The notes beneath the pieces were generated by a model. That model did not search any database, was not told the origin of the DNA, and saw only the letters and a list, made by a program, of their open reading frames with translations. The translations under genes and the position numbers were made by a program. From positions 310,001 to 374,000 of the forward strand of contig JBEWZL010000013.1 of the NCBI GenBank assembly GCA_045837725.1: 64,000 nt of DNA. The letters are read 5' to 3'. This document shows, in pieces, positions 1 to 11,216 of this stretch; the stretch's first letter is position 1; each line of letters starts with the position of its first letter. The stretch comes from Vermamoeba vermiformis. Taxonomy: Eukaryota.

Positions 1-305
1 GTTGCTCAAATTGCGGATGGAGGGAAGTCAAGCAAGGCCGTCGCGGCACCGTGTTCTGGCACATGGGCATGGACAAGGCTTTCAAACAACGTCGTCTCGT
101 TAGCAAATTAGCTCTTGCTTGGCGCGGCAACAAACAACTCATCTGCGATGTACTGAGCTCGCGTGGCCTTAATGTCGAAGTACCTCTCGACAACAGCACG
201 CCGATCTTTGTACATCCTCAGCCACGCCACTACGTGCCTAATTATGAGTGCTATTCACTATCGGATGAGTACGTCAGCGATGGTGAGTGCTGCGATGACG
301 ATTAA
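1..305 (+). CDS. 3' end of an unidentified protein (truncated at window start)
   Basis: Open frame running from the window edge to TAA at 303-305 with an acidic C-terminus (DGECCDDD), followed by AT-rich sequence with AATAAA; no family motif recognised. Confidence 0.5.
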   Translation, partial: CSNCGWREVKQGRRGTVFWHMGMDKAFKQRRLVSKLALAWRGNKQLICDVLSSRGLNVEVPLDNSTPIFVHPQPRHYVPNYECYSLSDEYVSDGECCDDD

Positions 306-399
306 TAGTGCATTGTTCGTCATTGTCGCCTAGTAATTGTAAATATGTATCCGGGTATTGAATAAATTCCTCTTTGTGACACGAAATCTTTAATTGTAA

Positions 400-888
400 T
401 TAATTAAATACAGCTGACACTTGTTCAATTACTGTTAATGCGTCACTCCAATCCGTAGATGACTGAATTGGGCCTTTCTCTCCTTCGGCAGTACGAATCT
501 CTTCCTGGTTGCGAACGCACGATCAGCTTTGTCAAAGCCATTCAATAATTACTCACCATATGATCTCTAATATCATTCAGTGCTGTCTCTAATCTATTTC
601 TGCTGTCTGTGATCATTGTCAATGATTCCCCGAGAACTTCTTCCTAATTATTGTATCAATATTTAATTTAATTTCTAATATATCAAATACCTGTTTTTTA
701 ATTGTGTAGGAATCGGCACCCTCTTGTTTTAATTTTTCAATCTTTTCTTGAATTTGTTTCTCTTCTTTTTTGTAATATTCGAGATCCTTGTTCAATCTGA
801 CGTCATTAATTATTATGGCCTAATATATTTTCCCCTACCTCTTGCACGTTCCAGTCTTAATCTTTAGTTTCTTTTGCAAGTCAGCCAT
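400..888 (-). CDS. TBCA: Tubulin-specific chaperone A (multi-exon; missed by the ORF track)
   Basis: Manual splicing gives MADLQKKLKIKTGTCKR..KDLEYYKKEEKQIQEKIEKLKQEGADSYTIKKQ/EEVLGESLTMITDSRNRLETALNDI, matching the TBCA/Rbl2 pattern (LKIKTG.VKRL.KE...Y; KKQ.EVL.ES..M). Confidence 0.88.
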
Positions 889-1046
889 GTTTGGACAGTT
901 GATCCTTATTTGAAATAAAATGGCGGGTTTCTGAAGCACAGAGAATTCTTTCTTCAATGACATTGTGCTTATTGTCAAAGAGCACTAGAAGCACTTGTAA
1001 ATACTCACTTGCCATGTTTATTTGATACAGATACTCGATGTTCAGG

Positions 1047-1665
1047 TTACATCTGCACACGGCGCAAGACCGCTGCAGTGAGGTGGTCCAAAGACTGCGC
1101 GCCATCGAGCAGTGTGATGTCGTCGAGCTGTGCAAGGTGTTCTAAGTACCGTTCATAGCCTGGCCACACGCACAAGTCAAAGTAGGCTCTGTTCTCACGC
1201 AGCCAGTCATCGCGTGTCAATCGTCGTGTCAAACAGGTCTCTCTATCAATGCTGATCATATACTTGACTGCGCACAGATCCAGCACGCGTCTGTCATAGT
1301 ACAACATGTTGCCTTCAACGACAATCACTCGCTCTGGATGTTGGTGCTTTAAATCGATTATTGTTTGAACCATCCGATCAAAGTCGATAGCCGAAGGATC
1401 GTCCCAGTCGTCAAATTGTTCTACTTTCTTGAATCCAGCAGACTAAAATAGAAAAAAGAAAATATTAATTCAACGGTTACAGCCCTGCACAATTGAATAT
1501 AATTTATTATTGAAAAAATATGATTTTTTATTATACAATTGACAACTTTACCTTGTAATAATCATCCTGGGAAATTAAAACAGCATCTACACCGCTGCTC
1601 GCACTTATGCGCTTTGCAATTGTTGATTTACCACTACATGTAGCCCCACCAATTCCTATTATCAT
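1047..1665 (-). CDS. Nicotinamide riboside kinase / uridine kinase-like P-loop kinase
   Basis: Exon 1 MIIGIGGATCSGKSTIAK...ISQDDYYK; exon 2 DWDDPSAIDFDRM...IVVEGNMLY...RRLTR...YFDLCVWPGY, a NRK1-like motif order. Confidence 0.8.
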
Positions 1666-1770
1666 GCTAAGGCATTCACACGACGTATCTTGTTGGGGGG
1701 CTCGGGACTAAAATTGGTTTGAGAAAAATTCTGGATTAGTTATCACACAAACTTCACACTAACGCAACAA

Positions 1771-2969
1771 ATGGAGAAAGACGAGCCCAAAGTTTATGAA
1801 AATGAGATATTTAAAGTTTACGAGGTCGCAGGCCAGCGCTGGGACAGCTTTCTAGAGAAGTTTAGGCAGACTACCAAAACGCAAGTTGAATTAATAACTC
1901 AGGTAGGGATATTTGCCTATAAATTTATTAAATTAATAATATATAAAAGGAAATCGTGTTCCCAGAAGATAAGAAGCAAGTGTGTTTTTTGTTACGTAAC
2001 GTTTTGACTCACGAAGAGTGTCAATTTTTGATTAAAGAGTCAGAAGACCTTGGTAAGTGTTCTATGTGATTATAATGTAAGGCGTTGCTCATAGTGTGTC
2101 ATTTCAGGTTATGACAAGCTGAAAGAATACCGTCAAGAATATCGTGACAATTCGCGTGCTATTGTCCACCAAAAGGCCCTGGCAGCGGAGATATTTCAGC
2201 GAGTCAAACGGTTCTTGCCTCCATATCAACCGGGGCTCAATTCCAATCATCAGTGGGTGCTCAACGAGCTCAATGATCGGTGGCGCTTCTGCAGGTGCGT
2301 GCAGTGACAAGCTGTGCCAAGTGTTTCCATTGGTTACTTATTATCCCTCCAGATACGACCCTGGTCAACATTTTTCACCGCACTACGATGGTCGCTACGT
2401 CAAGAGCTCGAATGAGTTGAGCAAGTTTACATTTATGGCGTACTTGAACGGTGACTTTGAAGGCGGTGCCACCAACTTTTTGAACGACCGAAAAGAGGCG
2501 CAAAAGACTGGCGTTAGATTGCGTCGTTCCATCCAGCCAGAAGAAGGGTACGGCTTTCACTTGCGATTGACGTGTTGACGTGTGAGATGTCACACGCAAT
2601 CAAATCTTCGTATTATACGATCTCGCCGATACGCTTCTAATATGATTCGTTATTTGCAGTATGTTTATCGTGTTTGAACACGAGATGTTCCACGAAGGCG
2701 AGGTGTTGAAAACAAACAGAAAGTACATTATGCGCAGGTTCGTAACGGCAAATCTGTTGTGTCCGATATACGCTCTCTAACTAATGTTGTATTATAGCGA
2801 TGTCATGTATATGCGAGAATACCTCAGCGAGCCATCTGACACCGAAAAAAGAGCACGTGCCGCGCTTGCTGAAGCCGAAAGCCTTGAAGAAAATGGAGAT
2901 ATGACTAAAGCTGGAGAAAAATATGCCTTGGCCTTCAAATTGATGCCTGAGCTCCGCTACGAATATTGA
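1771..2969 (+). CDS. 2OG-Fe(II) dioxygenase, prolyl 4-hydroxylase-like, with a short C-terminal helical (TPR-like) tail
   Basis: RYDPGQHFSPHYDG (HxD), FMAYLNGDFEGGATNF, distal HEG and KYIMRSDVMY; multi-exon. Confidence 0.8.
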
Positions 2970-3184
2970 CGTGCCGATCTGATCTAGATTTAATTTGACG
3001 GATCTCGAATAAAGTTGTAAATATCGATTCGTCGTATCTGATTTCTAAACAAACTAATACGAAAAAATCAGAAACAAGCGTGTGATACGGCCGAGAGCAT
3101 ATAAAATTAATAAAAAAACGGTCAAAAAATCTTTTTGCCTGTGCGCGAATCAAACCAATTTTTTTGTTCAAAGTAACAGAAGTC

Positions 3185-4039
3185 ATGGGTAACGCCGCTT
3201 TACACAGCCGTATCTTGGTCTTAGGCATTGATGGTGCTGGCAAGACCACCTTTATTCAAAAGGTCGAGAACCCCGACAAAACTCCTGCTACCTCGCCCAC
3301 CGAAGCTTACCAAGTTCACGACATCAAAATCAAGGGCGTGAAGTTCAATGTGTGGGACGTAGCAGGCAAAGAATCTACTCGATCATTGTGGAAACATTAT
3401 TTCCAAGAGGGCGGCACTGACGCCATTATTTGGGTTGTTGATTCAGCATCAAGCGAAGAAAAGTTGGCCGAATCTAAGCAATGCTTGGCCTCAGCTATGA
3501 TGGACCCTGCTTTATCAGGTAATTATATGCTTGTCTTAATTTTGGTCACGTTTTACATTTCAATTTGGAGCTATTTCGAAAAACGCATTTAGACTTTTTT
3601 TTACGCGGTAAATATTTTTGTTAATATTATTGAGAGTCGACATCTTTTTATAATTGATATTTTGGTTTCTTTTTTTGCTTTTAATACCCATTTGGAAGCA
3701 AAATAAATTTTTTGTTGATCTTCCGTTACAATTGCAAAAGTAACCAAATTGAAGCTGTAATTATCCGCAATATTAAGCGAATAATGAAACTAACGCGGTG
3801 ATATTTAAGGTGTTATTTTGTACGTTTTGGCCAACAAGCAAGACGTGAACGGAGCTTTGAAGCCTGAAGACATCTCAAGCAAACTCAACCTTTCATCGTA
3901 CGAAGGCAAGCGCCCTTACTTCATTAAGGGTATCTCAGCCAAGGACGGTACTGATATTAAGGACGCTATGGACGAGTTGGCCACGGCTATTAAGAAGTTC
4001 TACAAAGAAAAGGCCAACAAGAAGAAAGACAACGAATAA
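3185..4039 (+). CDS. Arf/Arl-family small GTPase (atypical switch II)
   Basis: MG start (myristoylation-type), GIDGAGKTT, WDVAGKE, LWKHYF, ANKQD, SAK; one intron. Confidence 0.88.
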
Positions 4040-4484
4040 ATTGCGCGCTTTTGAACGGGTCTGACGACACGACGTAATATCAACTCTAGGGATAATTGTA
4101 ATGTAATTAATTGCTAGGAATGAAGTTAATTATTTATTCCTTCTTATAAACAAATATTTATTTTAAACAACGACTATCTGGCGCAAGATTGCCGTTTTTC
4201 CCGCCCTTACTTGTTTTTGGTTTTAAACCAACAATCAATAGTAATTTGATGATACTGACACCACTCATGATGCCACAATACAATAGTCTAGCGTTACCCA
4301 CCCAACTCTTTTCGGCCGATCCAGATCCAAAAGATTCTCCCTCAAACAATGAAAGTGCACTTTATAGTTGGATAACCTAATAATGTCGTGAGCCCTTGCA
4401 AGTTATTTTGTTGTTTGTTTTCGTCATCTGAAAACAGCACGAGAGTTGTGGATCCAACAAAAACGAGTTCTATGAATATTTAAT

Positions 4485-7400
4485 ATGGAAGTTGAGCCAG
4501 TACTATTGCCACAGAAGAGGCCGCTTGCCTTTGCCGATGATTTCCTTCCACTGAAAATTATTAAGACTGAGCATCGCGCTGATATATCTCACGCAGCTGA
4601 TCTGAATGGTATTTCACTTGATGCTACACTAATATTAATTATAGCGAATTATTGGAATTAATTTTAATACCGGGATTCTGGCTGATTACGTTTTCTTCCA
4701 GCGAACAAAGAGAATGCAGTCAATGAGAGCCACAGTAATCGGTGGGAAGAGGAAGAGGTACCAATATGAATCTAATAGGAGTCCTTCGATTAGATATCTT
4801 ACGCTTTAGTAGCTCTTGGATGTGGGCTGCGTGGACGGGACAGTGAACAAGAACAACACCACCCCCAAGTCACGCCGACGAGCGTTGATGAGCAGCATGG
4901 ACGACAAGATGAGACTCAGCATTAAGACGCGCATGCAACAGCTCGAGGACACGCACCGCGATGAGTTGCAGCACTTGATTGAACAGCAGACCTTAGCTCT
5001 TACCAATCTGGTTGTACAGCTGCAAGAGAAGGTATGTTAGCACTTATATAAGTATGTATTGACGGTGATAGGGTGAGTCTACTGAACCAGTACAAGATAT
5101 GCTCGCCGAGCATCAGAATCAGATCCGATACCTCAAACTAGTGCACGACACGCAGAAGCGACGAGTGCGTGCAGGACAGTTGTCGAGTGAAGAGTGCGCG
5201 ACTGAGAGTGAACAGAAAGGTAGCACTGATATGACTGCGAGTGAGAGTGGCGAGGAGTTGATTACACCACTGCGCTACCCTGCTGAACACGACGGGGAAC
5301 AACGCGAGTTACACAAGTGAGTGCTCTTGATGGACGTTAATTTGTATTAATGCTGTTAGCTATTATGGCTATTGGCTGACAGGCGGAGAGCTCGAACAAG
5401 TGATGCGCATGCAATTGACACCCCAGCCGTGCGGTGCTGATCAAATCAAGTGGTCTAAAGGGCACAGCAGCATCTACTCCGTCCAAGAGGTATAGATGAG
5501 CTGTAGATTGTTAACGAGCTAATGTCATTGCATCAAGTACACTGAAAAAGCCTATCAGACGAGTATCGAAGCATTTCCAAAGCTATTTAAGCCTGCTCAA
5601 ACTTTCAAGACGAACATTGTGATCAAAGCGCTGAAGAAGTTCATTACATTCAATCCTGCAGCTACTGGCATGATCAGCAGACGCGAGGCAGTGCAAGAAG
5701 AGCTGACTTATTACCGCTTGGTACGTTCAATTGGCGTGGCACTACAGCTTGATTCACACTTAACAGAGTGGTCGCGATGCAAACACATGTCTGCCGATTG
5801 AACAGTTGTTAGAAGAGCTGGAGCAAGGACATGTGCTGAACAAGTCTTGCAACTGTAAGCGAGGAGTACTGTGGCTATTAATAGCGTTAACTTTGTCTTA
5901 GTCTTCCCTAGTGCCCCGAGTCGTATTCCATTCAAATCATTCGAGTACGAATAACACATGTAAGGCGAAAACATTATTAACGTGTTATTAGATCTGCTAT
6001 ATATTGGACGAAGAAGATATTGGGACCGAAAGTCTCAAAAGAGTTCGTGTTCCCTACCTTGTCGCAATTCAAAGAAGCGTATTTGAAGGGCAAAGAGCTT
6101 GGTACGCGGCATTGTTTGTTGCAGCCACTAACACCGCTCTAGGACACGACAAGTGGTACGAGTCATTTCACAATCGCGTGCTCATTGCGTGCAACAACAA
6201 CAAGAAAGAGCTCAAGCTGTTCATGTCACTGCTTGCCACCGCTAGTCCAAACTGCAGTTTGAGCCAGGTACGACATGTCATTTAAACGGACTTAGCTTTG
6301 ACACGTGTCACTAGAACACTATCTGCGCGTTGATGAATTACCGCGCTGTCAGCCAGGGCTGCAGACCTCAGTTTGGCTCATATCCGATTCGATCATTGTT
6401 GAATTACTTAGGTAGCTAAGCTCCTTACAAATCACAACTTGCTGCTGGCTAACAGTCGTTTAACTTCAGCGGGATGCCTGGGCAGACCTAGTGGCAACAA
6501 AGTGCGGTGTTTTTTGGACAACTTAATTCATCCACTCACCACTCCAGCGCTCACGATTGACACACACATGCAACGATTTCTGTTAGGTGCAGGTCACACG
6601 TCATTCAACACCTTTGAGTACGCTGTAAGTGTCCAAGTTGATTGGTGAACGGCAATTGACACGCGTCATCAGGTCGTTGAAGATTTTTTCCGCTGGGCCG
6701 CACAGCAGTGCAGTGTTGATGTGCCGCATCGATTTCAATCTGCTATTTGGGTCACGATGGCCGGGCCGTCGAGTTTTCTTACCGAATTGAAGAAGTACGA
6801 AAAGAGACTGCGCTTCACCATTGATCTCAGTGCTGCTCCCTTGCACGAGCACAAATGTGACAAAGTCAGCGCTGCCTTAAAGCAGTTGGCTGCATCATGG
6901 CCAGCATTAGTGCGGTCCAGTGAATGTGTGGACAAGATGGTCGAACTCGTGCGCAACAGACTACTCGACATTGGCTACTTGAATATGGAGCCAGTGACGC
7001 GACTAGTCGAACAAGAAGACAGAGCTACATTGACTATCGAGCTCATGTCGTATGTGCCGGTGCGCGAACTCGATGCAGCTAATGTGAAGAGTCACATATG
7101 TAAGAGGCACATCTATCTGGATGTTAATGCTAACATTGTATTGCAGCGTTGCGCAAGAACTGGATCCGTCGTCAAAATCGTGAAGCATTGCCTTCGGAGC
7201 AGAAAGAGTTCGCAGAGGCCTCGCAGCACTTGGAACAAATTCAACAGTCAGCCACCAAGTCCATTGAACACCCCGTACGTATGAACAAAATTGCTGCATT
7301 TCCACAATTCTTATGTGCAAATTCACAGCTGGACGCGGAGTGGTTCGAGCGAGACATGCGCTTGATGTCACAGTGGCTGGGCAGTGTGCCGCGCGAAGAC

Positions 7401-7650
7401 TGCAATTACGAACAGCTGCAAGAGACAGACCACTACTTCCGCACTCATGTGCACTTTGAAGGTCAGTGCTTGCTGTTGGTGACTCAAACTTATTACTGTT
7501 CTTGTAGATGTCGGGCAAGTGCTCCGAGAGCGACTGCAGTTCGGACATTTCTTCGCTGAATTAGCGCAAAGTTTAATGACAGGTGTCAAATCAGCGGATG
7601 CCCAGCCCAGTCACTTAAGTGTGGACTGTGCGGTCATGAAACAGGAATAA
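4485..7650 (+). CDS. Large multi-exon orphan protein with an N-terminal coiled coil and a central HhH-GPD/DNA-glycosylase-fold-like domain of phage type
   Basis: A consistent chain of GT-AG introns keeps the frame from ATG 4485 to TAA 7648-7650. The spliced central segment reads KWYESFH...LATASPNCSLSQNTICA...SGNKVRCFLDNL..LTIDTHMQR...EYAVVEDFFRWAA..PHRFQSAIWV. Confidence 0.65.
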
Positions 7651-8072
7651 ATGACCCTCTCAGCCTGTTACAAGGTACGCTCACAGACTTGCTCGGTGAA
7701 GTATTTTGTTTAATTGAACGCACTCCAAATATCAATGCAATGTTGTATTGTGGGTCGTTTGCTGAAACCCCCCCCTTTGTCGAACAAACGTAACCTCAGA
7801 GCGAAAAATCCACATGGATCTATGTAGCGTGGTCTTTAGATTGTTGTATCGGCTCATCTATTATTCAATGGAACGGTCGTCATTAGGGCCAGATTTCTAG
7901 CACGTATAATAATAATTGATTATCAAAGTCGTTCAGTATTTTTCAAAAACGTACTGCAAATTTGCAGAAAAGTACCGTACTCCCGCCACCAAAAAAAGCC
8001 GTTTTAAATGATTTGTTTATTTGCGATCAATAGCGTACCACAATCAATACACAAGAGCAACAGTTGCATCAA

Positions 8073-9280
8073 ATGGAGAAGCCTGAAGAATACTTCACTA
8101 TTTCGGCTCTGATCGCCGACGCCGCTCTCACCACCACGCTGACTTTAAGGCTCCCTTCTAATAGTAGAATCACCGATAACGAGTGGCGATCCCAAGCTAA
8201 GCAGCAAATTGCGGCGAAATTCAAGATAGTCAAAGTTCGGATGTTTTGTTCAGCTGAAACATAATTTTACGTATCAAACACACAACTAAGTACGTCGGTA
8301 CGTGTATTGTACTCTACCAGAGGATTAATTTGCGCTATTTATAACTGGTCGGCAGTTTTTTGTGCTGGATTTGGAAGATTCGCCAAAACTTTTCACAATC
8401 CATTATTTAATCTAGATTACTATTATTTTGTTTAGTATCACCCCAAGGCTAAAGCTACCCGAAAAGATAGAGGCAGCAATAATGGACATGGCGGCTGGTT
8501 TTCTCTCCCGCATTGAATCTAGGAACGCAGGAATAGATAATATTCGCGCTTCTACGGGCGAAAATCTATTGGAGATTGTGCGAAAGATTCAAGAGCAGCA
8601 TAGTTCAGATATTTCTGAATTAAAAAAGAATATCGGTGAACAAGCAAAAAAGATCGAGGAACTTAAGAAGAAAGATGAAGAGAAGACTCAAATTATCGGT
8701 GAACAAGCAAAAAAGATCGAGGAACTTACGAAGAAAGATGAAGAGAAGACTCAAATTATCAATGAACAAGCAACAAAGATTGCTGGCCTTGAAACACGAA
8801 TCCAGCACTTGGAAACACAGGGCGCCAATTACCAAGTAAAATTTCACAGCCACTCTATCCGTAACTTGTGGCAGGGGTTTCTTCTTGCGGTAAGTTAGTA
8901 ATCAAAAGCTGAGAGTGAATCCGGTTTAAAACTGCAAATTTGTGTTTATAAAGGTGCTTGTACGCGCAGGAATTCGTAATGCCGCCGATGTGGAAAATTT
9001 ATCAGCAGGCAAACTCTTACGCGTGCTTGAAGAGAACCAAGACAAGTATAGTTCATTCGTGAAAGGCCTGACGAAAAGAAGCCTCCCCTCGTATGAGCGA
9101 CTTAAACAGCTTGTTGCACCTGTGATAAACAAAGCAAACAAAGACGTTCACTCTTCGACGAGAGAAGATATGCTTCTCGAAGCCAGAAAGACTGGGATTC
9201 GTGAGTACCAGCAAATATGGGAGTTTCTCGATTGGGGTAACTGGAACGATCAAGAGTCTAACAACACCAACAGCAATTAA
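8073..9280 (+). CDS. Orphan coiled-coil protein with an internal 21-aa tandem repeat
   Basis: ORF pieces 8064-8264, 8428-8898 and 8942-9280 on one strand, separated by intron-like gaps; heptad-rich middle exon. Confidence 0.55.
8632..8781 (+). repeat. 63-bp coding tandem repeat (about 2.4 copies)
   Basis: ATCGGTGAACAAGCAAAAAAGATCGAGGAACTTA(A/C)GAAGAAAGATGAAGAGAAGACTCAAATT at 8632 and 8695, with a partial diverged copy at 8758. Confidence 0.95.
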
Positions 9281-9488
9281 TGGGCATTTGTAACTATTAT
9301 GTATATACGAATACTAAAGTTTTCACTCACAAATAAGTGCCCTCTCTGTAGTCAATAACCTCCATTTCATTGGAGAACGGTTTTGAACTCGGTGAGAATA
9401 ACATCACCGCTTGATCAAAGTTGTCTAACAGATCGTTGGAGGCTCAATTTCTAAGAAACAATATTGTTCTTTATAACTATGCCGCACA

Positions 9489-10843
9489 TCACGTCTCAGA
9501 AATGAGGCGACGATATTTGATGCTCTTTGGTATTTTCTTGGCACGAGCACACAGCGCGACTAGACCACTGAGATCGAGACCAAAGCCCATGCACGCTGAG
9601 ACTGGCTGCACGACCCAACCGCGCTCATTGAACCGTTCTTGCAAGATTGGGAACTTGAGTGCGGCCATGATGCGCGCGACAAGTTGGTACGCGTCACAGT
9701 ACGTCTGGTCTTGTTTGGTGGCCCAGATAAATGTGGGCACTTTGATGCGTGCTTGCGACAAGACACTGGCCAGCACTTTGATCGATTCGGTGAACGATTC
9801 GTGCTCGAGTTGTGTCGTGTCAATGACGAGGGCGAGGGCATTGATTTTGTTCTCAAACGAGTCCCAATACTTGCGTGACTGAAAGTGGTGTTAGTCGTCA
9901 CTGACAGCATACCAAACAGCAGTGCCTTACATCTTCATTGCCTCCGACATCGATGAATTCAATGGGTGTGCCGTGCGATGTCACTGTCTCGCGATTGCAG
10001 CCAATCGAGGGCGTGAATTCATGAAAACAATTCGTCTTCAGTCGGTACAACAGACTGTTTGACACGTGTCAATACGAGATCGGCGATAATACGAATGAAA
10101 CAGCCGTACCTTGTCTTGCCTGAGCCTGCAGGGCCCAACAACAGCACGGACAAGTGCGGCACAGTCACGTGTTTGGCGGGCGCGGCTTGTTCTCGCTTGT
10201 TGATCTCGCGCAAGATACTTCTCAACTTGCGATACAGCTCCGTCAGCTCGACATTCGCGTTGTTTGCGTCTGATTGGTCCGGTTAGCGCCACGTCACGAT
10301 GTATACCTGTCACTTACCGTTCATGAATGTGGGCACGTAGTTCAAGTCGTTCAAGGGCAGTGCGCGCACTTCACACCACTGACGGAACACAGTGCGATGA
10401 TAGTGCCGACCAGTCAATGCACCGTGCGTGGTGTTGGTCAGATCTGGTTCAAAGCCCACTGGCAGCGTCAATTTGAAAATGGTCTCGCTCGTGGCACATT
10501 TGTACCAAGCTCTTCGGTACGATATGAGACACATTATTATTATTACTGAATACGAGCTTCTTACTTGCAGACCATGGATGCACTCGCTAACATGCTGGCA
10601 TCAATGAAGCTGAAGATATGCACTTGTATCTCATAGGGCAGTGAGAAGAATAGCTCCCCGAGCAGCCCTGTTGAAGCTTCGCGCCACATTCGCTCGAGAG
10701 TATCGAATTGAAACGTTCTGCGTGGCGGCAATAATGTGACCTGATCGCCAGTCTTTACTCGCGTTTTGCCTTAATTCAATATTGAATAATTGGGCAACGA
10801 TATTATTATATATTTAGTTAGTACCTAATAATGCGTCCATCAT
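9489..10843 (-). CDS. F-box protein fused to a C-terminal Arf-like GTPase domain
   Basis: Spliced sequence: FSLPYEIQVHIFSFIDASMLASASMVCK..WY (F-box), then LLLGPAGSGKTSLLYRLK..PSIG..FIDVGGN..ATKQD..SACMGFGL (G1-G5). Confidence 0.78.
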
Positions 10844-11216
10844 GCGTTCTCTAATTAAACTCTTATAATCGTCTAAGAGTTTACGATTGCCCTCACCCGG
10901 TCTGTATTTTGAGCGTTACTAAGAATGAAGGCAAATATTATTATAGTAATTATACGATTATTTTCGAGAATTATTGGCGATAAATTTGCGCCCTAGCGTC
11001 ACGAAATTTACCCGTCATCGTCTTGATCTGATTGATTTTTCTCCATCGATGTTGAATTTTGGTGGAATTGTAATAGCTGTTGCTGAGTGATATAAGTGCT
11101 ATTGTGTTGCTGTTAAAAAGCATTAGATTGAGTGGCAATCAATTTCGTTGCTTTGTCATTCATTCGAAACACAGAACAAGACAAGAGAGCACAAATTAAA
11201 TGCCGAAAAACAGGCG

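Noticed and set aside
8632-8781. 63-bp repeat as a CRISPR-like array
   Set aside because: The copies are contiguous with no spacers and lie in frame within a coiled-coil exon.
9477-9491. TGA followed shortly by TAG at the end of the F-box-Arf gene as selenocysteine readthrough
   Set aside because: No SECIS-like element or redox motif was recognised; it is simpler as a normal stop.
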